Positions 1 to 10,165 are shown, numbered from the stretch's first letter. The stretch is 64,000 bases of DNA from Thermoproteus sp. (GCA_049976425.1 JBMFIG010000001.1:192001-256000); one strand, 5' to 3'. A program made the numbers and translations. Notes: generated from the letters alone by a model not told the origin.

Positions 1-1
1 A

Positions 2-1996
2 CACGTTGTAGTACACCTTAAGTTCCGCCTTCGGCAACACGGTCAGCGGAGCGGCGGAAGAGGCCTCGCCGCCTATCCAGCTAACAGAGACCTTCGCCGT
101 CCACTGGCCGGGCCCCAAGGCGCTCGCGTTTATCAGGAAAGGTATCTGTATTGGCTGTCCAGGCGGCAACACGCCCACATTCACGGTGGAGTTCCCCACG
201 ACGGGGACGCCCGAGATAGATATAGAGGCCCCGCGCGCCGGGACGAGCCCGGTGTTGACGACGGACACGACGGCCTTGATATAGGGCACCAGACCGCCGG
301 CGATCACGACGGGCGGCTCCATGGCCACGCCTTGTATGATCACGGTGGCCGGCTCGACGTGTATGTACGAGACGTATACAGACCCGTCGACGGACACGTA
401 TACGGGATAGTCGCCAGGCGTGGCGTTCCCCGGCACCTTCAAGACGCTTGTGAGAGTCACGGGGTTGCCCGACGGCAGGACGGGGAGGTAGTACGACGCG
501 CCCTCCAGTACCGCGAGGGGCGTCGAGATGTTTACAGAGACTCCGCGCATCTGCGCATCGCTTGTGATGACGATGTTGAGGGCGACCACGGCGCCGGGAT
601 ATGCGGTCGGCGGATTCGCGGCGATGGCGATCCCGAAATTCGGCCGCCGCACGTCGACGTGGTATTCGTAGGTGTAGCCGCCTGCAGAGACGGTTAGGGG
701 ATATAAGCCCGGGGCCGCGTCCTTGGGCACCTCCACCAATGCGGTCAAAGTGACGGGCGATCCCGGCGCCATGCCCGGCAGGTTGTAGACGCCGCCCTCC
801 AGCACCTCGAGCTTGTCGGAGTTTATATATACGGTGAGGGGACCTACCGGCTGGTTTGTCGCCAGCGTCACTGTGAGCTGGACAATGGAGCCGGGATAGG
901 CCCAAGGCGGGTTCTGGACGACGTTTATAGCTAAGTTGGGGGCCGGCACGTACAAACTCGCGTTCTCGACGGTGCATATATTCGTGTAGTAGCAGATCTC
1001 GAACGAGGCCGTTATGGTGCCGTATCTGTTAATTATAGCCTCAACTGGTATCTGTATCGAGGTCAGTAGCGGTAGCTTTATGGGGCGCGATATGAACGAG
1101 ATATCGCTTGTGTTGAGCGGCGTCACGGTCACGTTGGTCGGCTGTGCCAGCCCGCCTGCTGAGATAGAGACGAGCAGAGTCGTCGGGAGGCCCGGCACGA
1201 TGGAGCCCTGCGGTATCAAGCCTACGTTGAAGCTGACCGGCTGGGCTACGGCAACCGTGAAGTTCTTGGAGAAGGAGACAGTGGCATTGTTGGCCGTATC
1301 TAAATACGTCACGTTGAGGACGGCGGTATAGCTCCCGGGCTGGAGGCCCCTCTCGACGACGGCAGGTATGACGCAGGTCGAGTTCGACTCCGGCGGCACA
1401 TAGGCGGAGCAGGTCAAAGAGGCGTTGGAGAACTGCGTGAAGGGCCCTCCGACCAACCTAGCAGAGGCCTTGACGACGTCCACGGTGGGGTTTATGAAAA
1501 GTATTGGTATCTCGACCACCTGGCCGGGCGCCAGAAGGCCCCTCACTATGGGCACCACCAGCGCGTCGTAGCTGAGCGGCGAGACTTGCACGTAGTAGGT
1601 GGAGCTCTCGAACTGGAAGTTGTTGATCGGGTTCACCAGGCCCACGGTCACTCCATAGTTGCCCGGCGCCGTCCCGAACGGCACCTTGACCACCGCCGTG
1701 AGCGTCACGGGAGTCCCGGGCGCAAGGCCCGCTAGGTGGTAGGAGCCGCCTGTCAATACGGAAAGGCTAGGCGACGTGATGTAGACGTCGAGAGGCCCCA
1801 CGACTGCGGTAGACGTGAGCACTACGGTGAGCTGCACGACAGTTCCTGGATAGGCCACTGGAGGATTCTGCAAGACGGTTATGCCTATATAGGGCGGTTG
1901 TGTCGGCGGTTGCGGCGTCTTGGAGGGGACTATCTGGGAGTGGGCAAGATAGGCCAAGGCCAGGAAGGCCGCTAGAAGTATTACAAGCCTTTTCAT
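2..1996 (-). CDS. Secreted S-layer-like / Ig-like repeat surface protein (COG1361-like), 3' end beyond window
   Basis: Absent from the ORF track because it runs off the edge. Manual translation from ATG at 1996 gives MKRLVILLAAFLALAYLAHSQ (signal peptide), three repeats of NPPxAYPGxxVxL...PVTLTxxxxVP...PGxY and several NxS/T sequons; the frame is open to position 2. Confidence 0.85.
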   Translation of the reverse strand, partial: MKRLVILLAAFLALAYLAHSQIVPSKTPQPPTQPPYIGITVLQNPPVAYPGTVVQLTVVLTSTAVVGPLDVYITSPSLSVLTGGSYHLAGLAPGTPVTLTAVVKVPFGTAPGNYGVTVGLVNPINNFQFESSTYYVQVSPLSYDALVVPIVRGLLAPGQVVEIPILFINPTVDVVKASARLVGGPFTQFSNASLTCSAYVPPESNSTCVIPAVVERGLQPGSYTAVLNVTYLDTANNATVSFSKNFTVAVAQPVSFNVGLIPQGSIVPGLPTTLLVSISAGGLAQPTNVTVTPLNTSDISFISRPIKLPLLTSIQIPVEAIINRYGTITASFEICYYTNICTVENASLYVPAPNLAINVVQNPPWAYPGSIVQLTVTLATNQPVGPLTVYINSDKLEVLEGGVYNLPGMAPGSPVTLTALVEVPKDAAPGLYPLTVSAGGYTYEYHVDVRRPNFGIAIAANPPTAYPGAVVALNIVITSDAQMRGVSVNISTPLAVLEGASYYLPVLPSGNPVTLTSVLKVPGNATPGDYPVYVSVDGSVYVSYIHVEPATVIIQGVAMEPPVVIAGGLVPYIKAVVSVVNTGLVPARGASISISGVPVVGNSTVNVGVLPPGQPIQIPFLINASALGPGQWTAKVSVSWIGGEASSAAPLTVLPKAELKVYYNV

Positions 1997-2028
1997 GGCC
2001 CTCCAGATATATCGGTATATATAAGCTT

Positions 2029-2499
2029 TTATCTGCTCAGCCTCCGCGAGACCTTGTCGGAGAAGTCGGAGAGAACCTTGGCCAGCTCCTCGAGCCTCGC
2101 CCTATCCGCGCTGTCGAGCTCGTCGAAGATCTCGGACAAGAACCTTATCTCCTCCACGATGGAGGCCAGTATATCGACCTTCTCCTCGTCTTGCCGGCGC
2201 AGATACGAGAGGAGTTGGTTGAACGCCGGATCCTTCATATAGTTCTCCAACATGCGCCTCCCCTCGTCGGTCATCCTGTATATCTTCTTCCTCTTCCTGC
2301 CGACGTACTGCTCCTCTGAGCGTATGTAGCCCTCCTCCTCCAAATACCGGAGTAGCGGATAGATGGTGCCCGGCGACGGCCTTATCTTTCCGCCGAACGA
2401 GCCCTCGATGGCCTTAATTATCTCGTAGCCGCTTAGAGGGCCCGAAGATAATAGGTAGAGGACGATCGCCTTATAGTAGCCGCGCCATTTCGGATACAT
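2029..2499 (-). CDS. PadR family transcriptional regulator
   Basis: GPLSGYEIIKAIE...SPGTIYPLLRYLEEEGYI...KKIYRMTDEGR, the PadR wHTH signature. Confidence 0.93.
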   Translation of the reverse strand: MYPKWRGYYKAIVLYLLSSGPLSGYEIIKAIEGSFGGKIRPSPGTIYPLLRYLEEEGYIRSEEQYVGRKRKKIYRMTDEGRRMLENYMKDPAFNQLLSYLRRQDEEKVDILASIVEEIRFLSEIFDELDSADRARLEELAKVLSDFSDKVSRRLSR

Positions 2500-2603
2500 C
2501 GTTTTACAAAGTTTATTCCGGAATAAAAACGTTTAGCTCTAGCCGGCTAAATAGACGTTATATATATAGGCGAATGCTTTTATATAGGCTATATCGATAG
2601 GCC

Positions 2604-4268
2604 ATGTGCGGAATCCTCGGCCTTTACTCGCTCGACGGCGGCGAGATCCCGGCCAGCCTAGCTATTAGAGGCCTCGGCGTTATGAGGGAGCGCGGCACGC
2701 CACACGGAGCGGGCCTGGCCCTATACAGGCCCTCGGAGAGGCCTAGAGTAAAGGCGTTTGTCCGCGCCCCGATCGGCCCGAAATATATAAAGATCTCCGA
2801 TAATTTATATGATGTTGAGCTCGATGAATATATGGAAGTTGATGGATATATATATCTAAATAGTAAGTGGATCGACGTCTATAAAGTGGTCGGGTGGCCC
2901 GAGGACGTGGACAAGCTCTACGGCGTCGGCAATTTATCTAGCAGGGCGTGGATCGGCCACACCAGATACCCCACGAACAGTCCGGGGCGGTTGCCCTACT
3001 ATTCCCATCCCTTCACGGCAGGCGATGTGGCCATAGTCCACAACGGCGACTTGAGTAGCTATGGCGCCAACGTCAACTTCATAAAGTATAGGGCCCACGC
3101 CAAGTTCACCGGAAACGACAGCGAAGCCATAGCATACCTCCTGTCGTTTCTGGCTAAGGAGCTCGGCGTCGAGGAGGCCGTGAAGGAGCTGATGTACGGC
3201 AGACGCTATAGGTGGGCCCGGCTCGACGGGCCCTACGCCGTGGCCTTCATAGTAGGAGGTCCGAGGCCCATATTCGGCGCCTTCGTCGACACGCAACATT
3301 TCCGCCCGCTATACGTCGGCATTTCCGGCTCCCTGCTACTCGTGGCTTCCGAGGCGGCGGCGATAAAGGCGGTGGCGCCGAGGGCCAACGTGTGGGCCAT
3401 GAGAGGCGGCGAGTACATAATCGCGGAGGGCGATGAGGTGTACGGAAATTACAGGAAGAGATACGTCTATCCCGAATTACCTCCCGAGCCGCCAGACGCC
3501 ATAGACGCGAGCCTCTACGACGCCGTGTCCCTCGCGCGCGTCGTCAGGGAAGAGCTCGCCGGGCGGGGACAGGTGGACGTGGTCAACGTCAACGGCCATA
3601 GATATCTGGGCAACGGGATGTCCTCGGGCTATTTGAGGCTCTGGGGCGTGGTGGGGAACGCCTCTGCCAACGTGATGTCGGGGGGCCGGCTCGACGTGTA
3701 CGGCGATGTGCAGGACGACTTCGGCGACGCGATGAACGGAGGGACGGCGGTAATCTACGGCAATGCGGGGGATGCTCTGGGCCAGGCCAAGAGGGGCGGC
3801 GAGATATACGTATACGGCGACGCGGGGACCAGGGCGGCTATCCAGCATAGGGGAGGAGTGCTAATCATCGGCGGCTCCGCCGGCAAATATCTGGGCGAAT
3901 ACATGGGCGGCGGCACAGTGGTCGTCCTGCGCGCGACCAACGACGAGGAGGTAGGCGACATGATAGCTAGAGGCATGGTGGGCGGCGAGCTCTATATAAG
4001 AGGCGAGGTTCCGAGGGAATACGTGGAGGGCATGGACAGGAGATCGGTGGAGAGGTACGCCAGATCGTTGCTCCTCGACGGGATCATAGACGGAGACAAG
4101 TACGCCCGGCTGGTCGAGGAGTCCGGAGGCCTCTCGGTGGAGCAGAGGGAGCTCTCGGAGGAGGAGATAGCGAAGTTGGCCCCCTACATAGCTAGGTTCA
4201 ATTCACTATTCAATAAAAATATCAAACTCAGTAGAGAGGTTTTTACAATTATAAAGCCTAAAGCTTAA
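2604..4268 (+). CDS. Glutamate synthase subunit: Ntn amidotransferase domain fused to GXGXG beta-helix domain (GltB1+GltB3)
   Basis: N-terminal MCG, GHTRYPTN, SHPF, HNGD; C-terminal GXGXG repeats (GNASANVMSGG, GEYMGGG). Confidence 0.88.
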   Translation: MCGILGLYSLDGGEIPASLAIRGLGVMRERGTPHGAGLALYRPSERPRVKAFVRAPIGPKYIKISDNLYDVELDEYMEVDGYIYLNSKWIDVYKVVGWPEDVDKLYGVGNLSSRAWIGHTRYPTNSPGRLPYYSHPFTAGDVAIVHNGDLSSYGANVNFIKYRAHAKFTGNDSEAIAYLLSFLAKELGVEEAVKELMYGRRYRWARLDGPYAVAFIVGGPRPIFGAFVDTQHFRPLYVGISGSLLLVASEAAAIKAVAPRANVWAMRGGEYIIAEGDEVYGNYRKRYVYPELPPEPPDAIDASLYDAVSLARVVREELAGRGQVDVVNVNGHRYLGNGMSSGYLRLWGVVGNASANVMSGGRLDVYGDVQDDFGDAMNGGTAVIYGNAGDALGQAKRGGEIYVYGDAGTRAAIQHRGGVLIIGGSAGKYLGEYMGGGTVVVLRATNDEEVGDMIARGMVGGELYIRGEVPREYVEGMDRRSVERYARSLLLDGIIDGDKYARLVEESGGLSVEQRELSEEEIAKLAPYIARFNSLFNKNIKLSREVFTIIKPKA

Positions 4269-5706
4269 ACCTTACAGCGGCTCTGTCTATCGCCTCGAAT
4301 ATGGTTGGGTGTGCGTGGGCCAGTAGCGCTAGGTCCTTCACCCTCGCGTTGACCGCCACGGCGAGCGCGATCTCGTTTATGACCAACGAGGCCGCCTCGC
4401 CCACGACCTCCCCGCCGATTATCCTCTGGGAATCCCTTTCTATTATCAGCTTGACGTACCCCTCCCGGGCCTTGTAGATCTGGGCGTGGGCGTCGTCCTC
4501 GAGCGGGTACCTCACCGTGGTGTAGGGTATTCCCTTGGCCTTGGCCGCCTCCTCGTTTAGGCCTACCATGGCCGCCTCGGGCTCGCTGAACAAGGTTATC
4601 GGTATCGTGTTGAAGTTCACCTCGTATATGGGATGCCCGTGGAGGATGCTCCACGCAGCTATAGTGGACTCCTTGACCGCCGCGTGGAACAACATGTACT
4701 GCCCGGTGACGTCGCCGGCCGCGTAGACGTTGGGCTTCTTAGTCCTCATGGTAGAGTCGACTACAACCCTGCCGCGCTCGACTATGCCCAAGACGTCTAA
4801 GCCGTCGACGAACGGCTTTCTGCCCACCGCCATTATGACCTCCTCGCCCTTGACATACCCCTTCCCGTTTTGGGACTCGAACTCGACCACCTTCTCTCCG
4901 CCGTCTTGCCTAATGGCGGTGACCTTGGAGTTTGTCAGCACATCGACTCCGAGCTTCTTCAAGCTGTTCTCTACGTGCGAGACCACCTCGCCGCTCCATC
5001 CGCTTAAGATGCGCGGCAATATCTCCACTATGGTCGCCTTGACGCCCATGCGCGCCAGCATGAAGGCGACCTCAACGCCGATATACCCGCCGCCTACAAT
5101 CACCGCGCTCTTCGGGAGTTTCCTGTACTTCGTCTTGTACCCGAACAGCTCCATGCTACCTATGGCGAGCTCGGCGCCAGGTATGGGCAACTTGATAGGG
5201 ACGGAGCCCGTCGCTACGTGTAGCCATTTCGCCTCGACTTCCTTGGTCCAGCCGTCGCCGCGGATCTTCACCCTATGTTCGTCCACAACCGTGGCTATGC
5301 CTTTGACAAGCTCGAGGCCCGGGTGTTCCTTGACCTCCCTTATATGCTGTATATAGCGCACTTCTTGGACCCAGTCCTTGTGGTCTATCAAGTTTTCCCA
5401 AGCCAGCCTGACCTTCTCCACGTCGTTGTTGCCCACCGACAGGAGTATCTCCCTAAGCGTGTGGAGTAGGTGTATTCCAGCTCTAACGGATTTGCTGGGT
5501 ATACACCCCTCGTAGAGGCAGGAGCCGCCGAGGTTCCCCTTGTCGTCGATCATCAAGACGTTCAGGCCGCCTTTGCTCAGCTCGAAGGCGCCGTGGTAGC
5601 CGCCTCCGCCTGCGCCTATTATAACCACGTCGTATCTATCGCGTTTGGGTTCCCGCAGAAACTCGGGATCCGTAGGCGGGAATGTGGGGTATTTTCCGAG
5701 CTCCAT
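4258..5706 (-). CDS. Dihydrolipoamide dehydrogenase-like pyridine nucleotide-disulfide oxidoreductase
   Basis: GAGGGG FAD motif, GGSCLYEGCIPSK redox disulfide, GGGYIGVE, C-terminal HPTIFE; ATG at 5706 preferred over TTG at 5715. Confidence 0.88.
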   Translation of the reverse strand: MELGKYPTFPPTDPEFLREPKRDRYDVVIIGAGGGGYHGAFELSKGGLNVLMIDDKGNLGGSCLYEGCIPSKSVRAGIHLLHTLREILLSVGNNDVEKVRLAWENLIDHKDWVQEVRYIQHIREVKEHPGLELVKGIATVVDEHRVKIRGDGWTKEVEAKWLHVATGSVPIKLPIPGAELAIGSMELFGYKTKYRKLPKSAVIVGGGYIGVEVAFMLARMGVKATIVEILPRILSGWSGEVVSHVENSLKKLGVDVLTNSKVTAIRQDGGEKVVEFESQNGKGYVKGEEVIMAVGRKPFVDGLDVLGIVERGRVVVDSTMRTKKPNVYAAGDVTGQYMLFHAAVKESTIAAWSILHGHPIYEVNFNTIPITLFSEPEAAMVGLNEEAAKAKGIPYTTVRYPLEDDAHAQIYKAREGYVKLIIERDSQRIIGGEVVGEAASLVINEIALAVAVNARVKDLALLAHAHPTIFEAIDRAAVRFKL

Positions 5707-5715
5707 CACTGTCAA

Positions 5716-5968
5716 AATATTGACGTTATTTCAAAATGTTTTTTCAGCAATAGGCGAAATAAATGAAAGACATAAAGTGTAGAGAAAATCTCAATTAATT
5801 TTATGAAAATATAAATAATACCAAATAATAAATATAAAAATAATTTAAACTATAACGCTTATCATGTATATGAATATAAATGTATATTTGTAAAGAGAGT
5901 TTGAGCGTCGACTTGCAATAGCCGGGATGCCAATATAATGCTTATATACTCAATAGGGATGCTATATA
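5716..5968. promoter_or_regulatory. AT-rich divergent promoter region between the flavoprotein and glutamate synthase FMN subunit
   Basis: About 250 bp of very AT-rich non-coding sequence with TATA-like boxes (e.g. CTTATATA near 5941). Confidence 0.6.
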
Positions 5969-8023
5969 GTGCGTGGCGTGAATATATACTTGCGTCCCGC
6001 CGTCCATAGGATCCCGGAGTTCTGGGGACCCGACCGCGTGGAGTACGTACGCCGCTCTGCCGTAGAGGGAATGCCGCCATATGCCTTGGAGGAGTCGCCG
6101 AGTAAGATAGGGAGGTTGCTCGATAGGATGGTCTTCAAGGATTTGAGGCCTCGGGAAGTCAACGATTTGCTCAAACACGCCGACAGGCTAGACGTGGACG
6201 TCGGCGTTGATTTCTTCGGCACGAGGCTGTCGGCGCCGATATATCTCGGCGATATGTCATTCGGGGCGCTCAGCGGGAACCCCAACATAGCCATAGCCAA
6301 GGCGGCCACCGAGGAGGGGGTGGTGGCCGGCATAGGCGAGGGCGGGCTCCATCCCGAGGTGGCGAAGTACAGGAACATAGTCGTCCAGTGGGCGTCGGCG
6401 CGTTTCGGTATGGACATGGATCTGTTGAGGGCGGGGCTGGCCGTCAACATAAAGATAGGCCAGGGCGCTAAGCCCGGCATCGGAGGACACCTCCCCGGGA
6501 GGAAGGTCACCAAGATAATAGCCGAGCTCCGGAAGATCCCAGAGGGGAGCGACGCCCTATCGCCGGCGCCGCACCACGACATATATTCCATAGAGGATCT
6601 AGCCCAGCGGGTCAAGGCGTTGAGGGACTTGACGGGCAAGCCTGTGTTGGTCAAGGTGGCCGCGGTGAACAAGATCATGTACGTGGCGGTCGGGGTGGCG
6701 AGGTCCACCGCAGAGGGCATAATAATAGACGGGGCGGGGGCAGGCACCGGCGCGACCCCCATATCGGTGAGGAACCACCTCGGGATACCCATAGACTACG
6801 CCGTGCCTGTCGTGGATAGGTGGCTGAAGGACAACGGGGTTAGGGACGGCTTCCTCGTCGTGGCCGGCGGGATGCTCTACAGCGCCTCCGACATAGCGAA
6901 GCTGATAGCGCTGGGCGCCGACATGGCCAATATAGGGACCGCCGCGTTGTTGTCCTTCGGCTGCATAATGTGCCATTCCTGCCACACCGGAGGATGCCCT
7001 ACGTCTCTAACGAACATGATCGGCGCGCGGCCCGACCTGGACATCGAGTGGGCCTCCGCGGCTCTGCGCAGGTACCTCTCCGCGCTTAGGCTAGGCTTGA
7101 AGGCCATACTCTACTCGCTCGGCATGGACAGCTTGAGGGAGCTGGTGGGGCGGAGAGATCTCCTCGGGCTGTATTACGTCGACGAGCTGGTGGCGAACAC
7201 CGTCGGGGTCGACCTAATCGCCGAGGGCGAGGTGGCCTACTACCAAGACTACGTGCCGCAGTTGTCCAGGGAGGTGTACGAGGAGGGCAAAGCGCCTATC
7301 ACGGGCATGGGCGGCATAGTGCCCGGCTACACGTACCCCGCGAGGAGGCCCCTGGACCTCTTGAGGATAGAGGCGGCGCAGGTGACGCACCCGTCCGTGG
7401 ATCCGTATAGGGAAGAGGTAGACGTGCGCGTGCCGCTGGCGGGCGTCGAGCTCGACACGCCGGTGGTGGTGCCGGCCTTGGAGCGGGCGGCCGTCATGGC
7501 CGGGTACGGACTCGGCGCGCTTGTCGACGGGGACGGCTGTCCGGAGCCCCAGTACTGCCTCTCCCGCCTGCCGCACCGCAGAGTCGCGCCGTCGAGGGAG
7601 CTCGAGCCGGAGGATGGCATCATCGTTATCGACGAGGCTTTAGGAGGCGACGCGTGGCTTGAGGAGGCCGTGGCCGCGCTGGACGAGAAGGCGAGGCGTG
7701 CGGGCATAAGGGAGAGGATGGTGGTGATCGCGGCGGGCCGTCTATTCAGCGGCTCAGATGTCTATAAGCTCGCGGCGTTGGGCGCGGATCTGGTGGAGCC
7801 CCGCGAGCCCTTCGAGCTTCTGGCGAGGCGGTCCGCGCCTGACTACGCCACCAAGAGGCGTTGGTACGAGAACACGATAATGGCGCTCACCAAGGAGCTC
7901 AAGCTGGCCATGGGGGCCGGCGGAGTGACCAGCTACTTCCACATGGTAGGGAATAGAGATTTGTTGAGGTCCTTAGACGGCCGGGTAGCTACAAAGCTAA
8001 ACGTCCCCGTAGCGGGTAGCTAG
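5969..8023 (+). CDS. Glutamate synthase FMN-binding subunit (GltB2) with C-terminal degenerate second domain
   Basis: MSFGALS, GEGG, KIGQGAKPGIGGHLPG, SPAPHHDIYSIEDL, CIMCHSCHTGGCP Fe-S motif; start may be GTG at 5978. Confidence 0.92.
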   Translation: MRGVNIYLRPAVHRIPEFWGPDRVEYVRRSAVEGMPPYALEESPSKIGRLLDRMVFKDLRPREVNDLLKHADRLDVDVGVDFFGTRLSAPIYLGDMSFGALSGNPNIAIAKAATEEGVVAGIGEGGLHPEVAKYRNIVVQWASARFGMDMDLLRAGLAVNIKIGQGAKPGIGGHLPGRKVTKIIAELRKIPEGSDALSPAPHHDIYSIEDLAQRVKALRDLTGKPVLVKVAAVNKIMYVAVGVARSTAEGIIIDGAGAGTGATPISVRNHLGIPIDYAVPVVDRWLKDNGVRDGFLVVAGGMLYSASDIAKLIALGADMANIGTAALLSFGCIMCHSCHTGGCPTSLTNMIGARPDLDIEWASAALRRYLSALRLGLKAILYSLGMDSLRELVGRRDLLGLYYVDELVANTVGVDLIAEGEVAYYQDYVPQLSREVYEEGKAPITGMGGIVPGYTYPARRPLDLLRIEAAQVTHPSVDPYREEVDVRVPLAGVELDTPVVVPALERAAVMAGYGLGALVDGDGCPEPQYCLSRLPHRRVAPSRELEPEDGIIVIDEALGGDAWLEEAVAALDEKARRAGIRERMVVIAAGRLFSGSDVYKLAALGADLVEPREPFELLARRSAPDYATKRRWYENTIMALTKELKLAMGAGGVTSYFHMVGNRDLLRSLDGRVATKLNVPVAGS

Positions 8024-8140
8024 TCCCTCCGAGATTATCGGTACCAAATACATTGTACTACGGGTACTTTGAATATAACGAACTATATAGGCCAAGATAG
8101 TCACGTAGATCTACGAGTAAAGTTTATATACCGAGTGGGC

Positions 8141-9451
8141 ATGTCGCCTATGCCGGAAGGGCTAAGTGTCTGGAGAACGTTGAAGGGCGCCGGGGTTAAG
8201 TACGTCAAGTTCGTCATAGTCGACATATTCGGCAGGCCGAAGCTCGAGATTCTGCCAATAGACGCGGCGCGCGACGCCTTCGTCGACGGCATAGCGTACG
8301 ACGGCTCCTCCATACCGGCGTATACGACCGTCAACAAGAGCGACTTCGTGGCCGAGGTCGACGCCGATGCCGTCTACATAGAGACGTGGAACGGAGGCAA
8401 GACCGCATTGGCGTTCACGAGCACGTTGGACGGAGACAAGCCGCATCCGATGGACCCGCGCAACGCCCTTAAGCAGACGGTAGAATACCTCAAGTCTAGG
8501 GGATACGAGGCCAAGATGGGCGCCGAGGTCGAGTTCTTCCTTGTGAGGGGCAACCCGCCGTCCCTTGTCGACAGCGGGGCCTATTTCGAGGGCTATCCGT
8601 TGAAGGAGACAATGCCTGTCATGGAAGAGATAATAGAGCACTTCTATCTGTCGGGCATAGGGCTGACCAAGACGCACCACGAGGTGGCGCCTAGCCAGTT
8701 CGAGGTGAACATACCGGCAGGCGACCCGGTCCAGGTGGCCGACCAGATACTCGTGTACAAGATACTCGCCAAATCGGTCGCGCAGAAGTACGGCCTCATC
8801 GCCACGTTTATGCCAAAGCCGTTCTGGGGCGTCAACGGCTCCGGCATGCACATACACGTGAGCTTCTGGCGCGACGGCGTCAACCTCTTCGCGTCGTATA
8901 AGGAGCCCACGCCGGAGCTCAAGTCGGCGATAGCCGGCGTGCTCAACAACGCGTTGCCCAACAGCGTCTTCGTGGCCCCGGTCGTGAACAGCTACAAGCG
9001 CCTCGTGCCGCACCACGAGGCCCCTACCCGCGTCGTCTGGGGGCTCGGCAACCGCTCGGCGATGGTCAGAGTGCCGTACTACGGGAAGAAGATAAACAGG
9101 TTCGAGTACCGCCACCCCGATCCATCCGCAAACCCCTACCTCGGCTTCTCAGCGATACTGCTAGCCGCCTTCGAGGGCCTCGACAAGAAGCTCGAGCCGC
9201 CGAGCCCAGTCGAGGACATCGCGTACGACCTAGAGGGCGTCAAGGAGACCCCCAAGCACCTCGGCGAGGCGGTCAAGCTGGCGTCGGAGGGCGTCGCGGC
9301 CAAGACACTGCCGCAACAGCTAGTCAAGGCGTACCTCGCGCTCAAGGAGAAGGAGTGGAGCGACTATCTGGCAAGCGTTTCCGAGGGGTGGGACAAGACT
9401 TGGAACGTGATAACCCGGTGGGAGTACGACCAGTACCTAGAAACCGCTTGA
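8141..9451 (+). CDS. glnA: Glutamine synthetase type I
   Basis: DGSSI, HHEVAPSQFE, FMPKPFWGVNGSGMHIH, NRSAMVRVP, FEYRHPDPSANPYL; TATA TTTATATA just upstream of ATG 8141. Confidence 0.96.
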   Translation: MSPMPEGLSVWRTLKGAGVKYVKFVIVDIFGRPKLEILPIDAARDAFVDGIAYDGSSIPAYTTVNKSDFVAEVDADAVYIETWNGGKTALAFTSTLDGDKPHPMDPRNALKQTVEYLKSRGYEAKMGAEVEFFLVRGNPPSLVDSGAYFEGYPLKETMPVMEEIIEHFYLSGIGLTKTHHEVAPSQFEVNIPAGDPVQVADQILVYKILAKSVAQKYGLIATFMPKPFWGVNGSGMHIHVSFWRDGVNLFASYKEPTPELKSAIAGVLNNALPNSVFVAPVVNSYKRLVPHHEAPTRVVWGLGNRSAMVRVPYYGKKINRFEYRHPDPSANPYLGFSAILLAAFEGLDKKLEPPSPVEDIAYDLEGVKETPKHLGEAVKLASEGVAAKTLPQQLVKAYLALKEKEWSDYLASVSEGWDKTWNVITRWEYDQYLETA

Positions 9452-10158
9452 TGTGTAGAATACTACTGCTTTTTGGGGATCCTCGGCCAGATCTTTTCAG
9501 ATCTTTCGTCGAGATCTCGAGAAGGGACAGGACGGCGGGCTTAAGCCACGGATCTGGCTGGGGCGTCCTCTACGCCAGGGAGGGGGAGTACGGGCTATAT
9601 AAGTCCACTAGACCCATATGGGAATCATATATAGATCCGCCTAGTGGATATAAACTATATTTATTTCATTCCCGTCTGGCCTCCGTCGGCGGGGTGTCGC
9701 CGGCCAATACCCACCCCATAGTCTACGGAAACTTCGCCATAGCCCACAACGGCACTATAATGAAAGACAAGTTCTCGGAGGAGTTGAGGCAGAGGGGTAT
9801 AGACGTAAGGATCGGAGGCGCGACGGACAGCGAGCTGTTCCTCAAGGCCTTCGTGGACATGGGCGGGGACCTAGACGCTCTGAGGGAAGTTTCTGAGATA
9901 GCTATACATTTCCTAGATCCCGAGGAGCCCATGATGAACATAGCTCTAGTAAACCTGGAGAAGCCCGAGGCGTATTTCTTGACGTATAGGTTGCGGGAGG
10001 ATCCGCATTTTGTGCCGGTGGTGCTGGATGGTCCGCAGGTGGTCGTGGCGTCCGAGCCGTTGGACGGCGGGGCGTGGAGGCCTTTAGGAAACGGCGTGTT
10101 GGCGATCGCGTCGGGCGGGGCTGTTGAGGAAGTAAAGTTTTTGATAGAGAGAGGTTAG
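9451..10158 (+). CDS. Class II glutamine amidotransferase (YafJ/EgtC-like)
   Basis: MCR N-terminus overlapping the glnA stop (TGATG), HGSGWG, HSRLAS, NTHP, HNG, TDSE, VASEPL. Confidence 0.88.
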   Translation: MCRILLLFGDPRPDLFRSFVEISRRDRTAGLSHGSGWGVLYAREGEYGLYKSTRPIWESYIDPPSGYKLYLFHSRLASVGGVSPANTHPIVYGNFAIAHNGTIMKDKFSEELRQRGIDVRIGGATDSELFLKAFVDMGGDLDALREVSEIAIHFLDPEEPMMNIALVNLEKPEAYFLTYRLREDPHFVPVVLDGPQVVVASEPLDGGAWRPLGNGVLAIASGGAVEEVKFLIERG

Positions 10159-10165
10159 CGGAAAC

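Noticed and set aside
81-977. 298-aa minus-strand ORF and other short ORFs at 332-1975 in the track
   Set aside because: These are Arg-rich shadow frames overlapping the real surface-protein gene (2-1996).
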